From Candidatus Kaiserbacteria bacterium (lineage in GTDB: Bacteria > Patescibacteriota > Minisyncoccia > Phycocordibacterales > Phycocordibacteraceae), in the NCBI GenBank assembly GCA_023264445.1, contig JAHFMN010000002.1, forward strand, positions 66,365 through 130,364: a stretch of 64,000 nt of DNA. Reading direction: 5' to 3'. The notes below the pieces were generated by a model. The model was not told the DNA's origin and made no database searches. It saw only the letters and a list, made by a program, of their open reading frames with translations. A program made the translations under genes and the position numbers. Positions 46,804 to 56,976 of the stretch are shown piece by piece. How positions within the stretch are numbered: the stretch's first letter is position 1; every line of letters begins with the position of its first letter.

Positions 46804-48711
46804 GTGAAATACCTCGAAGGTCTCAACGAAGCTCAAAAACGCGCGGTACTCGCAAAAGAAGGACCGGTCTCAGTCCTCGCGGGTGCCGGAAGCGGGAAAA
46901 CACGCGTCCTCACGACGCGCATCTACCACCTTATCCGCGAGAGTGTCCCCGCCGAGCAGATTCTCGCCGTCACGTTTACCAACAAAGCCGCTCGTGAGAT
47001 GCGCGAGCGGGTGAGGAGCCAACTTGGCGGGGACGGCCCGCTCCCATTCATCGCCACCTTCCACGGTCTCGGTCGGGAACTCCTCGAAAGTTACGGCAAG
47101 GCAATCGGCATCCCGCGTTTTTTCAGCGTGTATGACCGTGAAGACTCAGAGAAAGCCATCGGTGCCGCACTTAAGGCCCTCGATGTCGGGGCAAAGGAGC
47201 TCTCGCCGCGCACAGTGCTTGGACGCATCTCGCGCGCAAAGGGCGAGGGAATGCGGGCACAGGAGTTTTACGACAAGCACGGTCGCGGAAGCTTCGGTGC
47301 GCGCATCGTCGCGGAAGCGTGGCTTCGATATGAAAAGACGTTGCGAGAAGAAAAGGCGCTTGATTTCGACGACCTCATCGCGCTGCCGGTGCGCCTCTTA
47401 GAAGAGCACGACGACGTCCGCTCGCTCGCGCAAGAGCGCTGGCGGTATATCCACATAGATGAATATCAGGACACCAATGCGCTCCAAGGGCGCCTCGCGG
47501 GCCTGCTTGCCGAGATGCATCGGAATCTGTTCGTCGTCGGCGATATTGATCAGACCATCTACACGTGGCGGGGAGCGACGATTGAGAACCTGCTTGAGTT
47601 CGACAAGCTGTACAAGGAAGCACAGACAATCATTCTCGGGCAGAATTATCGTTCGACGAAAAATCTCGTTGAAGCAGCAAACGCCATCATTGAAAAGAAT
47701 AAGAATCGTAAGGAGAAATATTCTACGACCGAGCGGAATGCCGGTGAGCCCATCGTGCTTCATATCGCTCTCTCTGCTGAGGATGAGGCGCGCTGGATAG
47801 CTACAAAAATTAGAAAACTCATGCGAGAAAGCGTTCGCCCGGAAGACATAGCAGTACTGTTCCGAACGAATTTTCAATCCCGCGCGCTTGAAGAAGGTCT
47901 CTTGCGCGCTGGCATACCGTACAAGCTCCTCGGTACGCGCTTCTTCGCGCGTAAAGAAGTGAAGGATGCGCTCGCATGGATTCGGCTCGCGCTCGATCCT
48001 TCGCGCGAGGTCGATAAAGTGCGTGCAGCAGCCGCGCCCGCGCGCGGGCTGGGTCGCATCACGCTCGGGAAGCTTGCAGCAGGGCAGCGGAGCGAGCTGC
48101 GCGCGGGCGAGCTCGCAAAAGTCGAGGCCTTTGAAAACATCATTGCCGAGCTTTCACACGCTGCGGAAACACTCGCGCCCTCGGAATTCGTGAAGCTCGT
48201 GATAGAGAAGAGTGGTATGCGCCGCGCCCTCTTTGAAGAGGGGAATGCCGACGACCGTGAACGCTTCGAAAACGTAGAAGAACTCGCTTCGGTCGCAGCA
48301 CGGCATGACCTCTCACCGGGCAAGGAGGGTATTGCTGCGTTCCTTGCTGAAGCCGCACTCGCGAGCGATCAAGATGAGATGGACCAAGGCGAGAAGCGGG
48401 GAGTGACGCTCATGACCGTCCATGCGGCGAAGGGGCTTGAGTTCGATACGGTCTTCGTGAGCGGCATGGAGGAAGGACTCTTTCCACATGAGGGCATGGG
48501 AGGGGATGAAAAGCGCGATGAAGAAGAGGAGCGCCGGCTCTTCTATGTCGCGATGACGCGCGCGAAAGAGCGCCTCATCTTGACGCTTGCGCGCGTGCGC
48601 AAGATTTACGGCAGCGATTTTATCTCAGAACCTTCTTCGTTTCTCGCCGATATCGACGGCACACTCCTCGTGCTGGAGGAGGGCGATGATGGGGAAGTTA
48701 TCGAGGCCTAA
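46804..48711 (+). CDS. UvrD/PcrA ATP-dependent helicase
   Basis: AGAGSGKT, TFTNKAA, DEYQDTN, NYRST, HAAKGLEF, EERRLFYVAMTRA. Confidence 0.96.
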   Translation: MKYLEGLNEAQKRAVLAKEGPVSVLAGAGSGKTRVLTTRIYHLIRESVPAEQILAVTFTNKAAREMRERVRSQLGGDGPLPFIATFHGLGRELLESYGKAIGIPRFFSVYDREDSEKAIGAALKALDVGAKELSPRTVLGRISRAKGEGMRAQEFYDKHGRGSFGARIVAEAWLRYEKTLREEKALDFDDLIALPVRLLEEHDDVRSLAQERWRYIHIDEYQDTNALQGRLAGLLAEMHRNLFVVGDIDQTIYTWRGATIENLLEFDKLYKEAQTIILGQNYRSTKNLVEAANAIIEKNKNRKEKYSTTERNAGEPIVLHIALSAEDEARWIATKIRKLMRESVRPEDIAVLFRTNFQSRALEEGLLRAGIPYKLLGTRFFARKEVKDALAWIRLALDPSREVDKVRAAAAPARGLGRITLGKLAAGQRSELRAGELAKVEAFENIIAELSHAAETLAPSEFVKLVIEKSGMRRALFEEGNADDRERFENVEELASVAARHDLSPGKEGIAAFLAEAALASDQDEMDQGEKRGVTLMTVHAAKGLEFDTVFVSGMEEGLFPHEGMGGDEKRDEEEERRLFYVAMTRAKERLILTLARVRKIYGSDFISEPSSFLADIDGTLLVLEEGDDGEVIEA

Positions 48712-49007
48712 GAGGCTTCTTCTGTGATGCCGAAATGTTCTTTCAGCGCCGATTCTATATGCCGTTTCTGATGTTCTGGCATGTCCTTCCATCCTGGATG
48801 TTTTTTGTTGAGAAATTCCATAGCCGCATCAAGATGCTGTGCACCCATGCCATGATGAGTGTCCATCTTTTTTTCAATATGCCCTACCGCATCGCTCAAG
48901 ATGCTTTTTGCCCGGTCAAGGTCCCTCTTTTCAAAGCCATGCTGGAAACGCAACGTTCCTCGGAGCTCGCGGTCGAAGTTATCTGGGGTAAGTCGTTGTT
49001 CAGTCAT
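48708..49007 (-). CDS. Hypothetical protein (99 aa)
   Basis: Fills the gap between uvrD and rsmA; helical, charged; -10-like TATGAT just upstream. Confidence 0.6.
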   Translation of the reverse strand: MTEQRLTPDNFDRELRGTLRFQHGFEKRDLDRAKSILSDAVGHIEKKMDTHHGMGAQHLDAAMEFLNKKHPGWKDMPEHQKRHIESALKEHFGITEEAS

Positions 49008-49027
49008 ACGCTAGAATCATAGCATCC

Positions 49028-49777
49028 ATGCGCCCTAAGAAATCACTGGGACAGAACTTCCTCATGCATGCCCGCATCGCGGAGCGTATTGCGCTTACCG
49101 CGGAGCTTGCTCCAGACGCGGTTGTATTTGAGATTGGCCCGGGGACCGGCATGCTCACGCGAGAATTACTAAAGCATGCAAAAAAGGTCATCGCACTTGA
49201 AGCGGATCAGGCGCTCGTCGAGAAATTGCAGGATGATTTTTCAAACGAGATTGCTCTGAAACGGCTCGAGCTCATACACGGCGACATTCGAACCTTTGAT
49301 ATCGCTGTACTGCCAAAAAAATATTCGCTCGTCGCGAACATCCCGTACTACCTGACCGGTGATATTTTTAGAATGTTCCTTGAAACGGAGAATCAGCCGA
49401 GCGCGCTTACGCTCCTCGTGCAGAAAGAGGTTGCCGAGCGCATCGCACGGTCAAAAAAGGAGAGCATTTTATCGCTTTCAGTGAAGGCATACGGTACGCC
49501 GAAGTATGAATTCACCGTTCCGCGCGGTGCATTTTTCCCTGCACCGAAGGTAGATTCTGCTGTGCTTACGGTCCGTGGTATTTCTCGGAAGCATTTTGCC
49601 GCGAGAGCTGAAGAAAAGTATTTTTTTGCGCTTCTGCATGCTGGATTCGCGCACAAGCGCAAATTTGTCCGAAGCAATTTGGCCGATGCCGGATTGTCTT
49701 CCGGAACTATTCCGGAAAAAGCGCGCGCAGAGGATCTCTTGCTCACTGACTGGCTTGCTCTGGTGAAAAACAAGTAG
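49028..49777 (+). CDS. rsmA: 16S rRNA dimethyladenosine transferase
   Basis: KKSLGQNFL, EIGPGTG, VANIPYY, QKEVAERI, PAPKVDS. Confidence 0.96.
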   Translation: MRPKKSLGQNFLMHARIAERIALTAELAPDAVVFEIGPGTGMLTRELLKHAKKVIALEADQALVEKLQDDFSNEIALKRLELIHGDIRTFDIAVLPKKYSLVANIPYYLTGDIFRMFLETENQPSALTLLVQKEVAERIARSKKESILSLSVKAYGTPKYEFTVPRGAFFPAPKVDSAVLTVRGISRKHFAARAEEKYFFALLHAGFAHKRKFVRSNLADAGLSSGTIPEKARAEDLLLTDWLALVKNK

Positions 49778-49784
49778 ATATCGG

Positions 49785-50552
49785 TTATTCCCACTCGGTT
49801 TTCGCGGCCGCTAGCAGCTTTTTGAATCGAGGATTCTCCATCATGATGGAGAAGAGTTGTTGTGCAAGCAGGACACCGGCACGTGTATCACTGGGGTAGT
49901 GGAGGCCAGCAATCTCGCGGTTCCTCGCTACCTGATCGGCGCGTGCGATGAATTCGTCCTTGCGCGCCGGTGCGAGCTCGCCGAGCACATACGCAAGAAA
50001 ATGCATCTGGGTGGAGTGGCCGCTCGGGTATGCAGGGTGCCCGGGTACCACGATTGCTGTAGTCAGGTCGGGGTCAAGCGCACTCGGTCGGACTCGGTCA
50101 AACTTCTTTTTTTGCTGGAGCGTAAGCACCGTCACATCATGGAAACTGTCTTCAAGCAGGAGCGCGGTGGCAGGGAATTTCTTCTTATCCGCGTAGTCAG
50201 TGACCATATGTCCCCCAAACTCGAGAGTCGATAATTCACGTTCGGCGAGAATATCTTTTATTTCCTGCGGCGTGCGCAGGTCGCGGTATGACATAAGCGT
50301 CGAGAGTTCCGCTCTGACCTCGCTTGAGGAGTTTTTTGGCGGCGGCGGGAGTGAAATATTCGCAAAGAGCTCCGCCGGATAGCACGTCGGCTCCTCCGAG
50401 AGCTCAAGCAATTGCGGTTCCCACGCCCCGGTGTTGGAGAAGGCGAGGACATCCTTCCGCGCTGCTTCCGCGGGGGCGAAAATGAAGAAATATCCGCCAA
50501 AAAGGAGTACAAGGCCGATAATGCCGAAGGTAGGAAGATACTTTTCAATCAT
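49785..50552 (-). CDS. PAP2-superfamily phosphatase, exported
   Basis: KKKFDRVRP, YPSGH, NREIAGLHYPSD. Confidence 0.88.
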   Translation of the reverse strand: MIEKYLPTFGIIGLVLLFGGYFFIFAPAEAARKDVLAFSNTGAWEPQLLELSEEPTCYPAELFANISLPPPPKNSSSEVRAELSTLMSYRDLRTPQEIKDILAERELSTLEFGGHMVTDYADKKKFPATALLLEDSFHDVTVLTLQQKKKFDRVRPSALDPDLTTAIVVPGHPAYPSGHSTQMHFLAYVLGELAPARKDEFIARADQVARNREIAGLHYPSDTRAGVLLAQQLFSIMMENPRFKKLLAAAKTEWE

Positions 50553-50656
50553 GCGTCAGGGAAGAGTATCATGGCGTAGCATTTCCGAAGCAATCTAATG
50601 CACAAGCGGTCGCCTTTGTCGGGCATAGACGGCACATGCGACTGCTATACTTCTGT

Positions 50657-51703
50657 ATGAATACCATGGGGCAGATTCTACGACATTGGCGGGTGCTCAC
50701 GGCAGCAGCGTTCTCCGTTGTCATCATTGTCGGCGCCTATGTGCTTGTGCGTGGTGTAGGGTCTCCGCCACTTGCAGAAGCTTCAGCCGAGACGGCGCTC
50801 CTGCAGGCCATTGCGACAAAAGATTCGGATGGGGATGGACTTCCCGACTGGGAGGAAGCACTCTACGGCGCCGATCCTCGCATTACCGATACATTCCATC
50901 TGGGAATGACCGACGGCGAGGCAGTTTCTCGCGGTCTCGTTGTTCCGAAAGCAATCGCTGACATTAACATTGGGGATGCTTCACCCAGCGCATCTGCGAG
51001 TGTGGACGGCTCATTGCCACCGCCTCCTGCAGAGGGAAGCCTGACGGCTGCCTTTGCAGAACATTTCTTTGCGCTCTACCTCACGGCGAAAGAAAAGAAT
51101 GGCGGTGCGGACCTCTCTCAGGCCGATATGCAGACCATTGCGGATGAAACGGTGCGTGCACTTTCGGACACTCTTGCCGCCGCTCCTGATTTCAAGTCTG
51201 CAAAAGATCTCACAGTGTCGGGTTCAGGCACTGACGCGCTCCAGACATTTGCCATACAGGCGGAAGCAGTGCTTCTGAAGAATACGAGCACTGCGTCGGC
51301 GAGTGAGATTGCATATCTCACAGACGTAGTGCAGAACAATCATGAAGAATCCCTCACACCAATCATTTCAATAGCAAAGGCATATCGCGATTCTGCTGTC
51401 GGGCTCTCCGTGCTTCCCGCACCGCGTGAACTCGCTTCCGCTCACCTAGCACTTGTGAATGCACTCATGCGGGTGAGCGAGATATGCTCCGATTTTGCCC
51501 GAGTGAATACCGACCCCCTCGCGACCATGCTCGCGCTTGAGCAGTATCCGCAAGCAGTCCTTGCACTCGGTACGGCATTCATAGACATCGGCAAGGTATA
51601 TAAAACGGCGAATATCTCGCTTCCTGCCGACGCATCGGGAGCTGCCTTCGTGAACCTCATGACTGATATCGCAAACGAGCAGGCTGCCGCCAAGAAACCA
51701 TGA
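50657..51703 (+). CDS. Membrane-anchored hypothetical protein with thrombospondin-3-like Ca-binding motif
   Basis: TM followed by DSDGDGLPDWEE. Confidence 0.75.
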   Translation: MNTMGQILRHWRVLTAAAFSVVIIVGAYVLVRGVGSPPLAEASAETALLQAIATKDSDGDGLPDWEEALYGADPRITDTFHLGMTDGEAVSRGLVVPKAIADINIGDASPSASASVDGSLPPPPAEGSLTAAFAEHFFALYLTAKEKNGGADLSQADMQTIADETVRALSDTLAAAPDFKSAKDLTVSGSGTDALQTFAIQAEAVLLKNTSTASASEIAYLTDVVQNNHEESLTPIISIAKAYRDSAVGLSVLPAPRELASAHLALVNALMRVSEICSDFARVNTDPLATMLALEQYPQAVLALGTAFIDIGKVYKTANISLPADASGAAFVNLMTDIANEQAAAKKP

Positions 51704-53484
51704 GCACGCGCCCTTTCTCCTCCGTTATCGCGCTCTGTTTGATTGCTGTGCTCCTTGTTCCGTCCGCGTTTCTCGCCGTACCGCGGCAAGCTCACGCTAT
51801 TTTCGGAGGTGGCGGCCCTGGTCTTCCCTCTGTTTTCCCAACAGTGGAAATCCCGGGAGCCAATTATTTTGCAAACATAAAGACATCGGTTGAAAGTACT
51901 ATCAGCGCCATCAAGAACACTATTACGAGCGTAGCAAGTGTCACGAGTGCGGCCGCGAATGTTGCGATGCAGATAAACGCCTATGTGCTTCAGCCGCTCG
52001 CCTTTATCCTCTCGGGAAATCTGATGAAGGTGCTCACCGCCGGCGTCATCGCCTTCGTTATTGGTAAAGCAAATGGCACTGGCATCCCGCAGTTCGTGGT
52101 GGACGTGCAGAAATCACTCCAGACGGTCAGCGATGGGAAGGCGCTCGCTTTCTTCAGTCAATTCGGGCGCAATTCAAACTCACCCTTTGCCGGTTCCATC
52201 ACCTCGGCATTGCGCAATGATTATCTTTCTAAAACATCACTTGCCGGCTTCTGGGCCGCCAATATGAACACGCTTGCTGCCTCCTCGCCGACCTATAGGA
52301 GTGATTTTCTCACCGGGAACTGGTCGCACGGCGGTGTGGCAGCATGGTTCGCACTTACGACGCAGTCACAAAACAATCCATATACGTTCTATCCGGCGGC
52401 AAAAACCCAGCTCGCAAGTCTTATCGGCCCCGGTGCTGGCGGTGCAACTGGCGCACGCGTTGCGGAGCTGAGTTGGGGGCAAGGCTTTATGTCGTGGTGC
52501 GGCGCAAGCGATGCTGCCTCTGGAGCAACCGCAACCGATATTGCTCAGCTCGGAGGGGCGACCGGCGTCAATCCCGGAGATGCGTGCACCAATGAAGACG
52601 GCACGGTGGGTGCTATCAAAACACCGGGCTCGGTCATCTCTGCCACGCTCAATAAGGTGCTCGGTGGTCAGCAGGACATCATCACGCGCATGGGCAACGT
52701 CGGCCCCGAGATAAACGGCATCTTGCAAAATATCGGCACGGTTATGCAGACGGTAAATTTTGCGACGGAACTTCTCGGCGGCCCTGGCTCCGGCGGTCTC
52801 TTCGGCGTCGACCAACCTTCAGGAACCAATTCAACCTCTCGACTTCTGCAGTATCAGAGTTCTCCGGGCTATCTCGGCGTTACGAACTCAACGGTTCTCC
52901 AAAATAGTTCATCACTACCGGCATCGGGCGCTGAAATGACGGCTCGTATTACGCAATACCAATCGGCATGGAACGCTATCAACGTTTCAGCGACAGCGGC
53001 GTCAACGACGGTAGCGAGCCTCATCACCTTCTGTGCGAATGCCGCTCAAGTCGCCCAAGACTCGACATTTACGAATACGACCAACACGCAGATAACCGCT
53101 GCACGAGCCGCTCTTACAAACGAGATACAGCCAGTTCTTGTGCAGGTCGCCGCTGCACAAACTACCATTGCGACGGCACAGGCGATGGTGCAGAAAATCC
53201 AGAGCGAACTGAATGCATCTTCCGACGCAGAAGTGGCGACCTATGCAGCGGACATACAGGCACTACAGACCATGTCGCCGACTGCCTCTGACGTCGCGAA
53301 TGTGCAGCAGGAGGCGCAAGCGCTTGGTGGCGTCACAGCCGTTCCAGAGGGCTCGCTTACAGTCACTGGTGGCTCGCTCGTGGATCAAATGGCGCTTATA
53401 AGTACGAATGCGAATGCGCTGAAAGCGTCAGCCTGTACCTTTGTCCCGCCCACCGTCTTTTCAGGTGGTAATGACGGCTTTTAA
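51700..53484 (+). CDS. Exported hypothetical protein (T4SS-cluster associated)
   Basis: Signal peptide ending AHA; NNPY...EL.WGQGF.SW...TPGSVI pattern; helical C-terminus. Confidence 0.7.
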   Translation: MSTRPFSSVIALCLIAVLLVPSAFLAVPRQAHAIFGGGGPGLPSVFPTVEIPGANYFANIKTSVESTISAIKNTITSVASVTSAAANVAMQINAYVLQPLAFILSGNLMKVLTAGVIAFVIGKANGTGIPQFVVDVQKSLQTVSDGKALAFFSQFGRNSNSPFAGSITSALRNDYLSKTSLAGFWAANMNTLAASSPTYRSDFLTGNWSHGGVAAWFALTTQSQNNPYTFYPAAKTQLASLIGPGAGGATGARVAELSWGQGFMSWCGASDAASGATATDIAQLGGATGVNPGDACTNEDGTVGAIKTPGSVISATLNKVLGGQQDIITRMGNVGPEINGILQNIGTVMQTVNFATELLGGPGSGGLFGVDQPSGTNSTSRLLQYQSSPGYLGVTNSTVLQNSSSLPASGAEMTARITQYQSAWNAINVSATAASTTVASLITFCANAAQVAQDSTFTNTTNTQITAARAALTNEIQPVLVQVAAAQTTIATAQAMVQKIQSELNASSDAEVATYAADIQALQTMSPTASDVANVQQEAQALGGVTAVPEGSLTVTGGSLVDQMALISTNANALKASACTFVPPTVFSGGNDGF

Positions 53485-53486
53485 GT

Positions 53487-55547
53487 ATGAACCGTTCATT
53501 TTTTAAAATCCCGCTCATCGTCATCGTGTTTCTCGCATGCACGATGGGTGCCACACCCAGCGTGCATGCCCAGAACACCACAACCTTCACCTCGCAAACT
53601 GCTCTTGATGCATATAACGCCTGTATAGAAAATCAGGGGACGGAAGAACAATGTAATGCAGCATACGAGATATATCTTGGGTCAGTGGGCACGACAATTC
53701 AAAATGATCCTGCAGCTGAAAAAACTCCACTCGATCTAAAATTGGGAGGAGATACGGGCGAAAAATTCGGCGAAATCGCTTCCTGGATTATGTCGCTCTT
53801 TGCATGGCTCGTTGGAGTCGCGATGCTCACTCTTGACTATGCGGCGTACTATACGGTCGTTACGATGGGGACGTATGTGAATGATCTCTCCGCAATCGGC
53901 GTCACGTGGCAAATTCTGCGAGATCTCGGCAACATCATTCTTATATTTGGGTTCCTTGCTATCGGTATTACCACCATTCTAAACGTGGACTGGTACGGCG
54001 GTGGAACCAAATTGCTCCCGAAGTTGCTCATTGCCGCTGTATTTCTAAATTTTTCCCTCTTTATAACCGAGGCGATCATTGATACCGGCAATTTATTTGC
54101 CACCCAGTTCTATAAGCAGATTAATGGCGGCAATCTCCCGACCCCGACCGGGACCGGAATAACCGGTTTAGCTGTGAATGGTGTCAACCTAACTACGGGG
54201 AATGAGGGTATTTCAACCAAGATCATGTCTCAACTAGGACTTCAGACTCTCTACGCAAACGGACAAGTCAATCAAAAACTTTTCAAGGGCGGAAATCTAT
54301 TTCTTATCGGCTTCTTGGGCATCATCCTTTTCATCGTTGCGGCGTTTGTGATGTTCTCGCTCGCTTTCATACTCATCGCGCGTTTCGTCATACTCCTCTT
54401 TCTTATCATCCTCGCCCCCATCGGCTTCGCTGGACTTGCGATACCTCAGCTCGCAGGCAGAGCAAAACAATGGTGGGACACACTCTTTGAGCAGACGCTC
54501 ACCGCGCCAATCCTGTTCCTCACTCTCTACATTGCGCTCGCCATCATCACCGACGCCTCGTTTCTAACTGGCTTCGGTATAAACGCTACCGCGACTGGCG
54601 CTACAGGGACCACGGGATTCTGGACTGGAGCCATAGAGAACGGCAATCTGGTCGGCTTCGCAGGGATACTCATCACGTTTCTTGTTGCGATGGGACTCTT
54701 GCTTGCCGTCACCATTTTCGCCAAAAAACTTTCCGCCTTCGGCGCAGGCTGGGCGATGAAAACCGCTGGTGCTCTTTCCTTTGGCGCAACCGCGTGGGCT
54801 GGGCGCAATACTGGTGGATGGCTGGCTAATAAAACTGCTCGCGGTCTTCGCAAAACCTGGGTAGCTCGCGTTCCTTTAGCTGGAACAGGTCTCGTGAAAG
54901 GATTGGACCGTGTTGCTGGTGCAAGCTTTGATGTACGTGGTGCCACGATGGGAGGTGGTTTGAAAGCGACTGGTATTGACGCTGGCACTGCTCAGAAGGG
55001 CGGCTACAAAGCCGAACTCAAGGGCCGTATTGAATCGAGAACGAAATACGCGGCTGAACTTAAGGGTCGCGAACTCACGGACGAGGAAAAGATTGATCAG
55101 AAAGTTGAACAAAATAAGATCAAGGCAACAGAAAAAAGGTTGGCGGATCTGCAAGTTCATCAGAGAGCGTTGGCCGCGGCCGGAAAAGATACGAAAGTTG
55201 CAGATGAAGAAATTGCCACTGAGAAAGAGCTACTTACAAGGTTCAAAGAGAAACTTGACGAGATAGAAAGTGTCACAGACAAGGGAGCTCAGCGTAAATA
55301 TGCAAATGCTCTCAATCTCTGGACTGACCCTAAGAATAGATTCAATAGAATATTCAACTTCGCTGCTAATACCGAAGCAGCGGAAAAGATACGAGGTGAA
55401 GCAAAAAAATCCTCCGATGATAAGACATTGGATAGTCTTAAAAAAGCGCTCAAGAAAGCTTCTGGTGAAGAGGAAACGCCAGCTACGACCCCGCCTCCAA
55501 CGGCCGCCCCTTCTGCCGGCGGTGCATCAGGTGCTGCAAAATCTTAA
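53487..55547 (+). CDS. VirB6/TrbL-like polytopic membrane protein with charged C-terminal coil
   Basis: W..LRDLGN, LLIAAVFLNFSLFI...ID..N, R.VILL.LI.LAPIGF...WW core. Confidence 0.65.
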   Translation: MNRSFFKIPLIVIVFLACTMGATPSVHAQNTTTFTSQTALDAYNACIENQGTEEQCNAAYEIYLGSVGTTIQNDPAAEKTPLDLKLGGDTGEKFGEIASWIMSLFAWLVGVAMLTLDYAAYYTVVTMGTYVNDLSAIGVTWQILRDLGNIILIFGFLAIGITTILNVDWYGGGTKLLPKLLIAAVFLNFSLFITEAIIDTGNLFATQFYKQINGGNLPTPTGTGITGLAVNGVNLTTGNEGISTKIMSQLGLQTLYANGQVNQKLFKGGNLFLIGFLGIILFIVAAFVMFSLAFILIARFVILLFLIILAPIGFAGLAIPQLAGRAKQWWDTLFEQTLTAPILFLTLYIALAIITDASFLTGFGINATATGATGTTGFWTGAIENGNLVGFAGILITFLVAMGLLLAVTIFAKKLSAFGAGWAMKTAGALSFGATAWAGRNTGGWLANKTARGLRKTWVARVPLAGTGLVKGLDRVAGASFDVRGATMGGGLKATGIDAGTAQKGGYKAELKGRIESRTKYAAELKGRELTDEEKIDQKVEQNKIKATEKRLADLQVHQRALAAAGKDTKVADEEIATEKELLTRFKEKLDEIESVTDKGAQRKYANALNLWTDPKNRFNRIFNFAANTEAAEKIRGEAKKSSDDKTLDSLKKALKKASGEEETPATTPPPTAAPSAGGASGAAKS

Positions 55548-55560
55548 TGTCTAGCTAGGT

Positions 55561-56490
55561 ATGGAACCATCAAACCAAAATATAAGTCTGGAAGAAAGTA
55601 TGAAGCAGGTTATGCAAACAGTACCGCCCGTTATACGTAATTATCTTGTTCAAGAGAAATATACACCGATTACAAAAGCTCTGATGACCAAGTATGCACT
55701 CCGGATTGATCAAGGTGGCATTCTGGAAAGAGAAATCATGCTGCTTTTGTTAGGAATCGAGAGTCCGGACGAATTTTCTCAAGCACTTGTCGGAGAGGCG
55801 AAGTTGAGTCAACAGGTGACGAGCGGGATTTTACAGGATGTAAACACACAGATTTTTGTGCCCCTGCGCGCACGGATGCAAAGTGGGGAAGGGAAGGTGG
55901 AACAACCAGTAAAGCCCGCAGCGCCGTGGACGCCACCACCGCGCCCGCCCGTCGTTCCGCGCGCGGCGTGGACCCGCCCGGCCCCAAGGCCGGTTGCGGC
56001 AGCGGCGCTCAGCACTCCCGTACCTCCTCTTCTGCAGCAGCCGCAGCGGCCAGCTCCTCTGCATCCGGTTGTAAAGGCAGAGCTGCCAAGCACGCCTCCT
56101 CCGCCAGTCCCGCCGCGTCCTCGCGGCCCGAGCCTTGCCCCGCTGCCGCCGAAGACTGTACTGCCGCGCGGTGGAATGACCCCTTCGGCTCAAACGGATA
56201 GCAGCCGACTGCTCGAAGACCATGAGGAGCCGCACATCGATATTAAAACAGCCATGCCGAAACCGCCTCCGCCACGTATTGCCCCTCCATCTCGTCCGAA
56301 CGGACCGCCGCCGAATTTGCCCGGTGCCATGCCGCCGCGCGGTATCGTTTCTCAAGTTATGCCGCCAGCCCCTCCGGCTGGAAGGATTGACCACCCTCCG
56401 CTTCCTGTACCACCTCCGCCTCGCCCGCCGGCTCCGCGTCCTCCTGTCCAACCCTATTCCTCTGACCCTTATCGTGAGCCGATAGAGTAG
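55561..56490 (+). CDS. Hypothetical protein with long proline-rich region
   Basis: Helical N-domain of about 105 aa, Pro-rich linker, C-terminal DPYREPIE. Confidence 0.7.
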   Translation: MEPSNQNISLEESMKQVMQTVPPVIRNYLVQEKYTPITKALMTKYALRIDQGGILEREIMLLLLGIESPDEFSQALVGEAKLSQQVTSGILQDVNTQIFVPLRARMQSGEGKVEQPVKPAAPWTPPPRPPVVPRAAWTRPAPRPVAAAALSTPVPPLLQQPQRPAPLHPVVKAELPSTPPPPVPPRPRGPSLAPLPPKTVLPRGGMTPSAQTDSSRLLEDHEEPHIDIKTAMPKPPPPRIAPPSRPNGPPPNLPGAMPPRGIVSQVMPPAPPAGRIDHPPLPVPPPPRPPAPRPPVQPYSSDPYREPIE

Positions 56491-56560
56491 CTGCCTAGTT
56501 GCGCTCCCTGCGGTATTCCTTTATATTGTCTCTGACCCTCCTCGGGTCTTCTTTTTCTAA

Positions 56561-56974
56561 ATGGCTACCATCAATCAGCTCTCCAAGAGGGGACGCAAGA
56601 ACAAATCGTCTAAGACGAGCGTGCCTGCTTTGGCGCGCGGTTTCAATACGCTCAAGAATCGCCCGACCTTCTACCCGTCTCCTTTCAAGCGAGGCGTCTG
56701 CACGAAGGTGACCACCAAGACTCCGAGAAAGCCGAACTCCGCTATCCGAAAGATTGCGCGCGTCCGCCTCACGAACGGCATGGAAGTCACTGCCTACATT
56801 CCGGGCGAGGGGCACAATCTTCAGGAACACTCGGTCGTGATGCTTCGCGGCGGTCGCGTGAAGGATATCGGCGTGCAGTACACCATCGTGCGCGGCAAGC
56901 TCGATACCGCCGGCCTTGAGAAGCGCCGCACTGCCCGCTCACGCTATGGCGCGAAGCGCCCGTCTAGCAAATAA
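56561..56974 (+). CDS. rpsL: 30S ribosomal protein S12
   Basis: [27 protein letters not shown]. Confidence 0.98.
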   Translation: MATINQLSKRGRKNKSSKTSVPALARGFNTLKNRPTFYPSPFKRGVCTKVTTKTPRKPNSAIRKIARVRLTNGMEVTAYIPGEGHNLQEHSVVMLRGGRVKDIGVQYTIVRGKLDTAGLEKRRTARSRYGAKRPSSK

Positions 56975-56976
56975 GT

